From Lytechinus pictus (lineage: Eukaryota): 64,000 nt of DNA. Positions 12,801-25,300 of this stretch are shown piece by piece. How positions within the stretch are numbered: position 1 is the first letter of the stretch; each line of letters starts with the position of its first letter. A model generated the notes under the pieces. That model saw nothing but the letters and a program-made list of their open reading frames with translations, was not told where the DNA came from and did not search any database. The translations under genes and the position numbers were made by a program. The DNA lies in the NCBI RefSeq assembly GCF_037042905.1, contig NC_087245.1, forward strand, positions 35,774,001 to 35,838,000, read 5' to 3'.

Positions 12801-15800
12801 CCAACAAAAATCGCAAGCACTTGGTAAGAAAATAACCTTGACGGGAATCATCACTTACTCCACGTCACAAGGGGGTTATCACCGACAGAACTCTGTTGCT
12901 TGTTATTTTTAACGGCTACTTCTTGGAATATCCAGTGTCTTTTGACCTTTAATTTGTTTGTTTAGCTGTAAGAAGTACGGTATGTTTTCCCTTCAGAAGA
13001 GGATTTTCAAGTAGCCGCCACTTCTTTTAAAGTCCATGTTTCCTTTTTGTCTCGCCCACCAGAGGTAAAGGCGAGACTTAGGGATCCAAATGTCGTCCGT
13101 CGTCCGTCCCTCACAAACCTAATGACACATAACTCCACAACCGTAAGTCGCTTTTCAACCAAACTTGGATGGTAGATGGACTTGGGGGGACCTGCATGTT
13201 ATGTTGCAGTCGGAGGTCACATGGTAAGGTCAAATGTCATTTTCAGGTCAACGTTAAAGTCTACATGCAAGTCTCTCTTATGACACCTAACTCCGCAACA
13301 GTAAGTCACTTTTCAACCAAACTTGGATGGTAGATGGACTGGGGGGACTTGCATGTTATGTTGCAGTCGGAGGTCACATGGTAAGGTCAAAGGTCATTTT
13401 CAGGTCAACGTTAAAGTTTACACGCAAGTCTCTCTTATGACACCTAACTCCACAACCGTAAGTCGCTTTTCAACCAAACTTGGATGGTAGATGGACTTGG
13501 GGGACCTGCATCTTATGCCGCAGTCGGAGGTCACATGGTAAGGCCAAAGGTCATTTTCAGGTCAACGTTAAAGTTTACATGCAAGACTCTCTTATGACAC
13601 CTAACTCCACAACCGTAAATCACTTTTCAACCAAACTTGGATGGTAGATGGACTTGGGAGACCTGCATATTATGTTGCAGTCGGAGGTCACATGGTAAGG
13701 TCAAAGGTCATTTTCAGGTCAACGTTAAAGTCTACATGCAAGACTCTCTTATGACACCTAACTCCGCAACCGTAAGTCAATTTTCAACCAAACTTGGATG
13801 GTAGATGAACTTGGGGGACCTGCATGTTATACTAAAGTCGGAGGTCACATGATAAGGTAAAATGTCATTTTCAGGTCAACGTTAAAGTTTACATGCAAGA
13901 CTCTCTTATGACACCTAACTCCGCAACCGTAAGTCACTTTTCAACCAAACTTGAATGGTAGATGGACTTGGGGGACCTGCATGTTATGTTGCAGTCGGAG
14001 GTCACATGGTAAGGTCAAAGGTCATTTTCAGGTCAACGTTAAAGTTTACATGCAAGACTCTCTTATGACACCTAACTCCGCAACCGTCAGTCACTTTTCA
14101 ACAAAACTTGGATGGTAGATGTACTTAGGCGACCTGCATGTTATGTTGAAGTCGGAGGTCACATGGTAAGGTCAAAGGTTATTCCATCCCAGTCATTTCA
14201 CAATGAAGTTTCGATACAATTCTGTTGCGTGCCCTCGCAAATCACAATATTTCTGGTTATCTTCATAAGTGGGCGAGACACAAAATCGCTTTTGCCTTGT
14301 TGTATGATTGGATTTATCAAGCCAAAGCATTACATACCGCTGTTTCATTGAACTTGTTTTTTCCTTTTATCAGAAAGATTTTTATTAAAAATCAACCACG
14401 AAAGCAATTCAATTTACAGAAAAATCATGAAGCGAACATGTTTACAACAACTGTACATGCTACTATTATCTAATAATAAAACAAAATTATGATGTTTTTG
14501 ACTGAGAACCTTTTCAATTTCACAATAGCGTTTCAATACATTCTTAAAAGAGCTAAAACACAACCGATCACCCTTACAACGTGTCGAAAAAATAAAATAT
14601 TTAGCGTGAAGAATATAACGGTTTACAGTAGAGTATTGAGCGTCAGGGCAACCAAACAAAAATACATTCTTATTCAAATACACGTCATTGTTCAAAAAAA
14701 GTATGGAAGTTCTGAATAAATTGTTGAGTTACAGGGCAGTCCCAAAACAGATGCGAAATACTTTCAACAGAGGAAGAACAAAATGTACAGAAATTAGATT
14801 CAGATAAGCCCATATCGTAAAGATGTTTGTTCACCCCAATTATCCGATTGAAAAGTTTATATTGAAAGTAGCGGAGTTGTATTAAAAGACAGCATTCAAA
14901 GGAAATCATATACAATATATATTCCAATTATTAACCGGTTCGTTTAGAATGGATGCCCATTTTGTTTGCGAAGTCGGGGACTGTTTCATTGAACATGCTC
15001 AAAGCACTTTGCCACATAACATAATATCACGGCAAATTCTACTCTCCAAGTGCTTGTAATATATATTAAGGGGAAATAAATGAGAAAACAATCAAATTTC
15101 GTCCTTGGCTTAAATATATATCAAATAACCATTTTGTCTTAATTCCAGTTCAGATATTCCCATTCTGTCAAATACACTTAGAAAAAAAATGTTAATTTTT
15201 GTTCTCTGATATTTTCCAGGGGATGATCCTAGTATTTTGTGAGAAGGGGCAGGGGAACAAAATGGCCTTTTGAATGATAATACAGAGTTATACGGTTTTA
15301 AAACCATCGGTTGAACCCATGTGACAAAAGCGCGCATCAGCATTGGACATTTTTTTAATACACGCGGTAAATAGGCGTAATTTATAAAGGAAATTTGCAT
15401 AAACCATAGGTTCAACCGATGGTTTTTAAAACCAACTTTGTGAATTCGGGCCGTTGTGTTTCTTTTTAGACTATATTCTATCTTCTGTCTTCCTCTTTTC
15501 TCTTTTGTTCACTAAGATCAGGGGAGAGAATGGGGTCCCCCTGTGGGACTCTAAGCTCATCATATGCAACTAACTGTATGACTAAATTGACTATCGTAAC
15601 TGTATGAAATGAGAAGGAAAAATACCCAGTAATTATATCAATAGGCAATTTAAGCATTAATTGGTTAGTATTTTACTCTGCCACTATGGCTGTTCTGTTG
15701 TTGATTTTATATCAACATCTATCAAAATGTTGTATTCAATGGAAATGTATTTTTCAAGTCTTTTGCATGCATTCGCCGATCTTGCTAGAATTATCTTTGT

Positions 15801-16166
15801 TACGTTTTACAACATTCACATTGAATAGGTTTTAGGGAGTATCTAAATCCAATGATTCTATTGATAAAAAAAAGGACCTTATATTTTTTCTAATAAACGA
15901 CATAATTTGACCTGAATTGCTATCATGTTATCGTTTCAGCTGATATATTGTGGGTGTACACCGGTCCCGCTAAATGGTTTACAAGTCAAGTTATATACAG
16001 TGCTTACGTCGCCTTAGATACATTCTTTTTCCTTGGGTAAGTTGAATCAATTTGAATCAATAATTTATATTTCCCATTAAACCAATAACATAAAAAACTG
16101 AATTATTGCATTTATACAAGTACTACAACAGTAGCTATTTATTCTACCTTACTACTGTTACTTAAT

Positions 16167-16231
<65 letters not shown>

Positions 16232-16265
16232 GCCACTACTACTACTGCCACTACTACTACTACTT

Positions 16266-16338
<73 letters not shown>

Positions 16339-19300
16339 ATGTACTACTACTACCACTTCTACTACTACGACTACTACTGCTGCTGNNNNNNNNNNNNNNN
16401 NNNNNNNNNNNNNNNNNNNNNNNNNNNNNNNNNNNNNNNNNNNNNNNNNNNNNNNNNNNNNNNNNNNNNNNNNNNNNNNNNNNNNNNNNNNNNNNNNNNN
16501 NNNNNNNNNNNNNNNNNNNNNNNNNNNNNNNNNNNNNNNNNNNNNNNNNNNNNNNNNNNNNNNNNNNNNNNNNNNNNNNNNNNNNNNNNNNNNNNNNNNN
16601 NNNNNNNNNNNNNNNNNNNNNNNTACTACTGACGGGTGTACTTTTTTCGTTTTATCTTTACAGATTTTTTTATTATTTTTTATTATTATTATTATTTTTT
16701 TTTTTTTTTGGGGGGGGGGGGTAACACCATTACCCCCTTCCCATAACTGGAAAATAAAATATTTCTTTCTCATTCATTGAAACTGCAATTGTAGGTTATT
16801 TCTGTCCACCAAATAATGCAATAAAATGTGGATACATGAATGACTTACAATTTGGTAGTGATGTTATGATATACTAACAAAGAATTAACAAAGAATAATT
16901 GCAATGTAAAGCGCTTAGAAACAAAGTGTAATGAGCGCTATATAATTGTAACTATTATTATTATAAGAATTAGCCTTTTTACAATGGAATATAATTGATA
17001 AAGTTCTGGGGAATGGACTCAACAAATATTCGTTTGTACTCTTAATGAGTGATACATTATTTATCTGTTATATCAATACATTAATGAAAGTATTAATGAA
17101 GTTTTAGGCAGTTNNNNNNNNNNNNNNNNNNNNNNNNNNNNNNNNNNNNNNNNNNNNNNNNNNNNNNNNNNNNNNNNNNNNNNNNNNNNNNNNNNNNNNN
17201 NNNNNNNNNNNNNNNNNNNNNNNNNNNNNNNNNNNNNNNNNNNNNNNNNNNNNTATATTTATTTTTGTTTAAATTGTTTTTATTGATCGATTGATATCAT
17301 TTTTTTATTTATTTATGTATTCATTTATTTATTCATTTATTCATTTGTTGATTGCTTGATTGATTGATTAATTTGTATTTTGCCCCTGAATTAAAATGGG
17401 GTCGTATGCGTGTATCACTAAATTCACCTAATTTTTGTTATTATTTTGTATCATACAGCGGTCTCCTTGTTGCCTATACAGGGTTCAAATACATGGCAAA
17501 GTCTGTTGGAAGAGTGAACTGGTTAATTGCAATAGTTCATCGTTATCTCAGGTAATAATCTACTTTGGCCACTCTCCACCCGGGTGAAGTCAATGTTGTA
17601 CTCGATTAGGGCGACAGAGGGGGTTTTCACTCCGACGCATACGGAGAATTCAAGAATAGAACAAACAAATGTTTGTCTAATTACCTTTATGACAAAGAAC
17701 AACCAAGAAGGCTTTGTCGAAAATTTGGGAATGAACGAAGCAGCAATTTCGTCCTGGACTCTGATGGACAAACGACATATATTTGCAATTATTTTTCAGC
17801 TCCGAAACTCAGGACGAAACTCATGTTCCGGTTCACCAATTACAATCATATAGATTTTCGACAAAGACTTCCCAGCTATTCTCTGTGATTTGATGGGCAT
17901 TCTCAATACATTTTCTGTGGGATTTTTTTAAACCCTGTGTACGTCTCCTTGCAAAAAACTCCCTGTGCTTGAACGATTACATTACCACAATAGCAGGGTA
18001 AATTCTGGTATTGAATTCTTGTTTGGTTTATTTTTCACGCAAAATCACATTGATAAACTTGTCAAGTCATAGTAGCCCGTATCATGAATTAAGGAAAGTC
18101 TTTAATCAAATTTCTATAAGTATAGCGCAGATTGCATCCTGAATTTTCCGTCCAATTGATGCTAGCGAAGTGATTTTATACCAGGTGTTTTTTAAGTTTG
18201 AATATAATAGTGTACGTAGAATGCCTTATGATATTGATGGGCATGGATGTCGATCGATGTTCATGGTTGGTCGGATGACAAACCCAAACTGTGACGAGAT
18301 CTTTTTGTGTTTAGGGAGAGGAGGGGGTCAGTGGCGTAAAAGTCTAAATTTGTTATGGGACAGACATTGTGTAAAAGACAAAATATTAAAAAGCCGCGAG
18401 CGAGCTAAAAATGACCTTTTCAATACAAACATTTTAATTTGTGATACCTTTTGACATTATATTTTAAAGATATATACATTTGAACTCTCTTTTTTTTTTT
18501 TTTTTTCTTCTTTCCTTCAATCGTGAAACATTTGGGCTCTATTGGTTCAAGTCCCATATCTGTACGCAGGGGGGGGGGTAATCCTTAAGACGAACGGTTT
18601 AACTTTATGTTAGCTGTATGTAAGACTAGACTAGATAAGACTAGATACTACTTGTGTGTACTTGATCGACAATGCGAGCACGAAGTTCGAGCAGAAATCT
18701 TTTGAAAGAAAACAAAATACACGCTATAGTGGGTGATTGACTTACACCATGAATTTATCTCTGGTTTAAAAAATGCTTGACACGGTCCTATCAACACTGA
18801 CTGGTTTAGTTTTAAAACCATTGATTTGGCAGTGATCGTTTTTCCATCATGTCTTTACTATCCACAGAATAACACCGGCAATGGCCGTCATGATTCTTTT
18901 ATACACCTTTGTGTACCCGTATCTTGGTGAGGGACCTTTCTGGCATTTACGAGTCCAAGATACCCTAGCCTGTTACGATTGGTGGTGGACCAACTTCCTT
19001 TACATCAACAATTTCGTGCCATCGAATACATCCTCCGGGGTACAGTTTCCTTTTTTTTATTGAGATAATGGGGCCATTATAAGTACGGACATGAAGGTTC
19101 TATCTCCATGGTAGGGCTGGGGGGGGGGGGGGGGGGGGGAGGTGATTCAGCCTACCTCTTGGACTTGGCCGTTGACTCCGGTCATGCCAAAGACCGGCAG
19201 CACACCACCTATGATGTCGTCTGCTCATTCTTTTGGTGGTTAAGTGCGACTCCAAGTCGACTCCAAGTTGCACTTGAATCTTTGTGAAAAAAACCCTGTT

Positions 19301-22300
19301 CTGTTTAATTGCCAAAAAAACATCCTGATATGACAAATTTGAAGGATTGATTCTGTCACATTTTCTGTAAAGTCTTCTGTTTCTGAAAATAAACTTCTGT
19401 AATTTTTTTTTAAATTATATTATATATAGTATATGATATTGATTGGATGTTTACTCTGTTACCATGGTAGTTATCATAATGGTAAATTTACAATAATTGT
19501 AGATTTATATGAAACAAGTACCTTGTGGTGATTAAGGTCTGAAAACTAGCCTATTTATTTGACCAAAGAAGAACATTTTATGTGCCTTTTCTCTCTCGTG
19601 GTTCAGTGCTTATCCTGGTCGTGGTATCTTGCCACGGACATGCAGCTATTTCTGCTTTCAATCATCCTCATCGTTCTCATCTGGTGGTAAGATATCTTCT
19701 TTAATGATCTTCCAGCAGAAATCCTGCTGAACCCTAATCCTCCGTTGACACAGGGGCGGATCCAAGGTTTCATTATGGCTAATCAGGGGTGAAGACAAAT
19801 CTATTATAATTGGCAAACATTTTGGAAAACAAAAGAGGGGGTTCGGATTGCCCCCTCCCCCAAAAAGGACATGATTGCTGTTTAGAAATGATTGACAAGT
19901 GAAAAGGAATGAATTAACAAGTAAAGATGAAAAGATTTTTCTAAAGGAGCGGGAGATGTGCTCCACTTTTGCATGGTGTACAAATATTGTTTGCATATTT
20001 AGTCAAATAATGCCCCTGCCCCCCCCCCCCCCACCCCCGCTGGATCATCGCCTACAATGAGAGTCAAATACGCAATTAAGCAGTACTCTTTGGTTTCATC
20101 CCTTGATCTTGAAACTTGGAACTTGAACAAACTCAAGTTGTCCCTTTGCACAATGGGAGAGCCAGGAATGCTGGGGGGGGGGGGGGGCGGTCTCATCCGT
20201 CTCAGTGCCTTACTAGCGAGTAAAATTTTGATAATGTTCTGAGTTTCGACGGAGCAGGGGACGGAAAGGGGAGGGGGAAGGGCAGCGGAGTCTCCTGTCT
20301 ACATGATAGAAATCAGTGCTTTTAGAATACTAGTATGCGCATTATGTGGTTTCTAGTGGGATCCCTATGGCATGTTTGCTTTAGTTTTCAATCGTGCTAC
20401 CATGAACCATAACTTGGAAGTAGGCTCAAAGTTATACAAAACTTGTATGCCCATCCACAACCATCAATATGACCAATTTGTTTGCTGTTGATATGCATGA
20501 ACATTAAAAAAAATCCTGTAGGTTGAGTTCCCTTTGCTTCATTAGCTAATATTTCGTCAGGTTTGTTGATGTCGAATCGAAAATAATGCTTGTCTCAATC
20601 AATCAATCAATCAATCAAAATCAATACAATGCATCCACTTCATATGCAATAAATCCTGCTATATTATGATAAGCCAACTATGAAATGAATGGGTAGGACT
20701 ATTAATTTAAAATATTCTTAAACGGTCTATATTGAAACAACAATGTTCACAGCTCAATATTTTTTAAAACATTTGTTTAACTTTTTGTAAAATATTCAGG
20801 AATCAGTTGAGATCGTAAACCAGTCTGTCAGAGTGCAGGTTGTGGTACTGTTAAATTTCACTTTGACCGTATATTAATATTCTTAGCATTAGTTACTATG
20901 TTTTGATTACTCTAATTTATTTGAATGTTTCTTTACAGGTTTCCAGTTATTGGCATCTTTGTATTATGTCTTCTGACAGTCACCAGTATCATCATACGTG
21001 CTGTTCTCTTTTCTGTGAGGGAGTACCAAGCAACTCAATTTGCCAATGCGTAAATTCACATTTTCATTATATATATCATTATTACAGAATAAATAACAAA
21101 CATATATAGTCGGGTCCGCAGGGGCAGGGGCGTCGATCCATTTTTCAGATGGGGGGGGGGCAAAATCATAAATCAACGTTCCAAAGGCGCTCGATCACAC
21201 AAAACGAACAAACTCACCCACACACACACACACACACCCTCACACACATAGGCCTATATATATTCATTTATGACTCATAAGAAAGAGATACACATCTCAA
21301 CAACAAATTAATATGCGAACGCGAAGCGCGAGGTGAAATATTTTAGTATACTGACCTGGAAACAGGAAAAAGGTCCCTGTTTGTAATGACTCATGAGGAG
21401 GATATATACATTTATTTCACTAACAGATAATGCGAGTGCCGATAGCGAGCTGAAATTTATTTATATATTGACCTGAAAGCTTGATAATCTAAGTATTTTT
21501 GGTACCAATGATTAAGATGGGTATCTAAATGTACAATAGATGCGAGCGCGAAGCGCGAGCTGAAAATTTTGATATTTTGATATGAAAAAAATGACAGTTT
21601 AATGGACGTTTTTAATAAAGAACAAGATATATATCCAACAAAAGATTGTTGCAAATCGAAGCGGGAGTTCTTTTGAGGTTTAGAACTGAAAACGGGACAA
21701 TTTCACCTATTTAAAGGTCAAGTCCGCCCCAGAATATTGTTGATTTGAATGGATAGAGAAAAATCAAACGAACATAACACTGAAAATTTCATCAAAATCG
21801 GATGTAGAATAAGAAAGTTATGACATTTTAAAGTTTTGCTTATTTTTCACGAAACAGTTATATGCAGAACTCAATGATATGCAAATGAGAGAGTCGATGA
21901 TGTCACTCACTCACTCACTATTTCTTTTGTTTTTTATTGTTTGATTTATACAATATTTCAATATTTACATATTTGACCATTGGGACCAACTTGATTTAAT
22001 CACAAACTGTTAAAATAATGGTAATTGCACCTGTTCAGGGAGGAATAATAGTTCGTTCCACATGACGATGAGGAGAAAATTAGAATTTTTCATATTTCAT
22101 ATACTTAAAGGAGAATGAAACCCTTGAAACCAGCTGAATCCATATCAAAGAGAAAAATCAAAGAAACACATTGTTGAAAGTTTGAGGAAGATTGAATGAA
22201 TAATAAGAAAGTTATGAGCATTTGAATATTGAGATCACTAATGCCATGTAGATCCTCCCATTGGCAATGCGACCAAGATCTGTGATGTCACACACGTACA

Positions 22301-25300
22301 ACTCCCTCATTACTTAAGTACTTATTTCACTTATATTCTCACTTTTATAGAGTCTATCACAAGGTGAGGTGTTCTCTTTATGAGAGGACAAGTACAGAGG
22401 TTTCACAACATTATATCATTGATGAATCGTTTGTCATATGATTAGAATGAGCAAAAAGAGATGTTTTGGGGTATATTTTCAGTGTCCAAAAGGGGAGAGT
22501 TGTTCATCTGTGACATCATAGATCTTGGTCGCATTGCCAATGGGAGGATCTCCATAGCATTAGTGATCTCGACATTCAAATGCTCATAACTCTTCTATTG
22601 CTAGTCCTATTTTACTCAAACTTTTGTTGATCTCATTCTTTGATTTTTCTGCTTTCACAAAAGCTAACTTGCTCCAAGAGTTTCATTCTCCTTTAAATAA
22701 AAAAGAAATAGTGAGTGGGTGACGTCATCTGCCTGCTCATTAATTTGCATACCGACCAGGATGTGCATATAACTGTTTTGTGAAATTAAGCAAAACTTAA
22801 AAATGCCATAACTTTCTTATTTTACAACCGATTTTGATGAAATTTTCAGTGTTGTGTTTGTTGGATTTTTCTCCTTTTATTCAAACCAGCTTCTTATTGG
22901 GGTGGACTTGTGTAGGGTTTTTGCTACAGAAATGATGCGAGCGTGAAGCGCGAGCTGAAAATGTTTATATTCCAATTTGAAAAGCGAACATTTTGAGCAC
23001 GAGTTTAAATAAAGAACGAGTTGTGTATGTCAATCTCGCTTGCTGATTTCTGTGTAACATTACAATCTCATTTTATTTTTGCACATGCGGAATTATTGGG
23101 AGGGCAAAACGATATGTTTGCACCCCAATATTATCATTGGTGGGGCGATCGCCCCCCCCCCCCCTGCGCAGGAGGTGGGGGAATGTGCAGATCGATATAT
23201 CTAATATAGGCCTATACAAGTTGAGAGCAAAAAAAGAGGAAATACCCTGGCGCCGCTCTTTTCATATATTTGGCTCTTACGGGCCAGGTTTAACTCTATT
23301 TTTATTCGAGCAAAAATCATCGTGAAAGAGCAACTCTTAGTGACGTTGCAAGAATCGTAACGTATATTTTCGATCAAAAAATTTATTATGTCTTGCTTTT
23401 ATTTTGTGGGAGCGTTATGGTCTAGATGCAGTGACATACAGGTGGGGGGTTGAGGCGCTTGTCTCCATTTTTTGTGTGAAAATGATGAAAATCCATATTT
23501 TATTGTTCGAAATTAATACACATGAAATGAAATACTCCGAAAATTTGCTTTGCCCAATTGATCGTGGGCCCGGCAGCCGCTGTGTAGCGCCAGATCGACG
23601 AGGCTCTATCCCTTTAATCGTTGAACGCCAAACAGGGTAGCAGCAACTCCCATCTTTTAACGTCTTTTGGTCTGACGCGGCCGGGGTTTGAACCCCCGAC
23701 CTCCCGGTTGTGAGACGGACGCTCTACCAACTGAGCCAACACACCAGTTTTTCGCGACCAAGAAAAGGAAAGAGAAAAGTGTTAAACATATCATTTTCTC
23801 TGAATGTTGTCAAAATCTATCACAAAATTAGATTTTCATAATAAAAATGTCGAAATTTTTGCTCACTCGCAGTAGAGTATATAGGCCTACACATAGTAAC
23901 TGCGCTATATAAAGAGACCGTATGACATTCCATTATTAGTATTATTAGTATTATTATTGATATTATTGTTATTGTTATTAATAGTATTATTATTATTGGT
24001 ATTATTATTATTATTATTATTATTATCATTATTATTATTGTTATTATCATTATTATCATTATTATTATTGTTATCATTATTATTATTATGATTATTAATT
24101 AATTGCAAATTTGAAATTTGTTGGTGACCTCCTTGCAACAAGAAGTGTAAACTAATTTGCTAATAAATCAATCTATTAGTTATAAAGTTACAACATAAAT
24201 TTTGCAATGGATTTCAAATATTTCTTACAACAACCCCCCCCCCCTTGAAGTTCCTTGCCACCTACCCCAAATCTATCAGTTGTGAGAAGATAAAAACGTT
24301 GCTGATACGAAAACTAAACATCAATAACAAAAAGGGGACTATAATCTAATAAAGAAGATATATTTATATTGCTGTTGCAGTGGCAAAGGAGAGTGGAACT
24401 TTGCAAATAATCAAGGTCTCCAGGAATTAAATACGAAGGGAGGTCATTGAAAGAAAGATGGCTTTCTTAACACGATTGCCACTATGGAAAAGGGATAAAA
24501 ATAATGTCAAGAAATATCACAAAGCTTCAAATATGAATGTACAGAAAGAGGATACAATGCAAGGTAAGCACTGTAACGCAAAAGAGGTGGACCATGTCTG
24601 GCTTTGTCATGTGCAATACTTCAGTTGTTGGATTTATGTCTTGGCTCTAATAATCATTCCTGCAATATATATTGAATCATAATTTTGTTATTAAATCTAA
24701 TCTTGACTGATAACTATTTTTTTCTCTTTTTTTTCTTTCATAGACTAGTCGGTCATCATGGTGATATGTCCATGTTCATCTTCTCTGTAAAGCCTTATGC
24801 TAATGCCACGCCATACTTGATCGGTATTGCCATGGGATATATTCTGCATATACTAAAGAACAAAAGAGTTCCAAGATTGCATGTGGTAAGTAATATATAT
24901 TGTCTCTCCCGTGTCTTTTTTTATTTTGGAATTTGAAGAGGAAAAATGGTCGAGATACGAAATGTTTGTTGCATTTATGACCTGAACAGTCGTTCAGAAC
25001 TGTTTTCAAACTATTTTTACCTGTGGAAGATTCTGTGTCGATTGTCCAAAAACCGTTCAGTACCTTACAAATTTACTTTGTTGAATGAGGTCAANNNNNN
25101 NNNNNNNNNNNNNNNNNNNNNNNNNNNNNNNNNNNNNNNNNNNNNNNNNNNNNNNNNNNNNNNNNNNNNNNNNNNNNNNNNNNNNNNNNNNNNNNNNNNN
25201 NNNNNNNNNNNNNNNNNNNNNNNNNNNNNNNNNNNNNNNNNNNNNNNNNNNNNNNNNNNNNNNNNNNNNNNNNNNNNNNNNNNNNNNNNNNNNNNNNNNN

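Noticed and set aside
13121-14179. Regularly spaced repeats as a CRISPR array
   Set aside because: Whole 157-bp units repeat with no unique spacers and no cas genes; eukaryotic intron
16162-16773. 203-aa poly-Val ORF and poly-Tyr ORF
   Set aside because: Translation of the (TAC)n microsatellite and an N-run
17552-18090. Overlapping short ORFs in intron 9 (also 58927-59490), possibly a THAP or transposon remnant
   Set aside because: No convincing motif; conservation between copies is explained by the duplication
23675-23746. tRNA-Val(CAC)-like gene
   Set aside because: A and B boxes are present, but the acceptor and anticodon stems pair poorly and it continues into a SINE body
23820-24141. 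Poly-Ile and poly-Asn ORFs
   Set aside because: (ATT)n microsatellite
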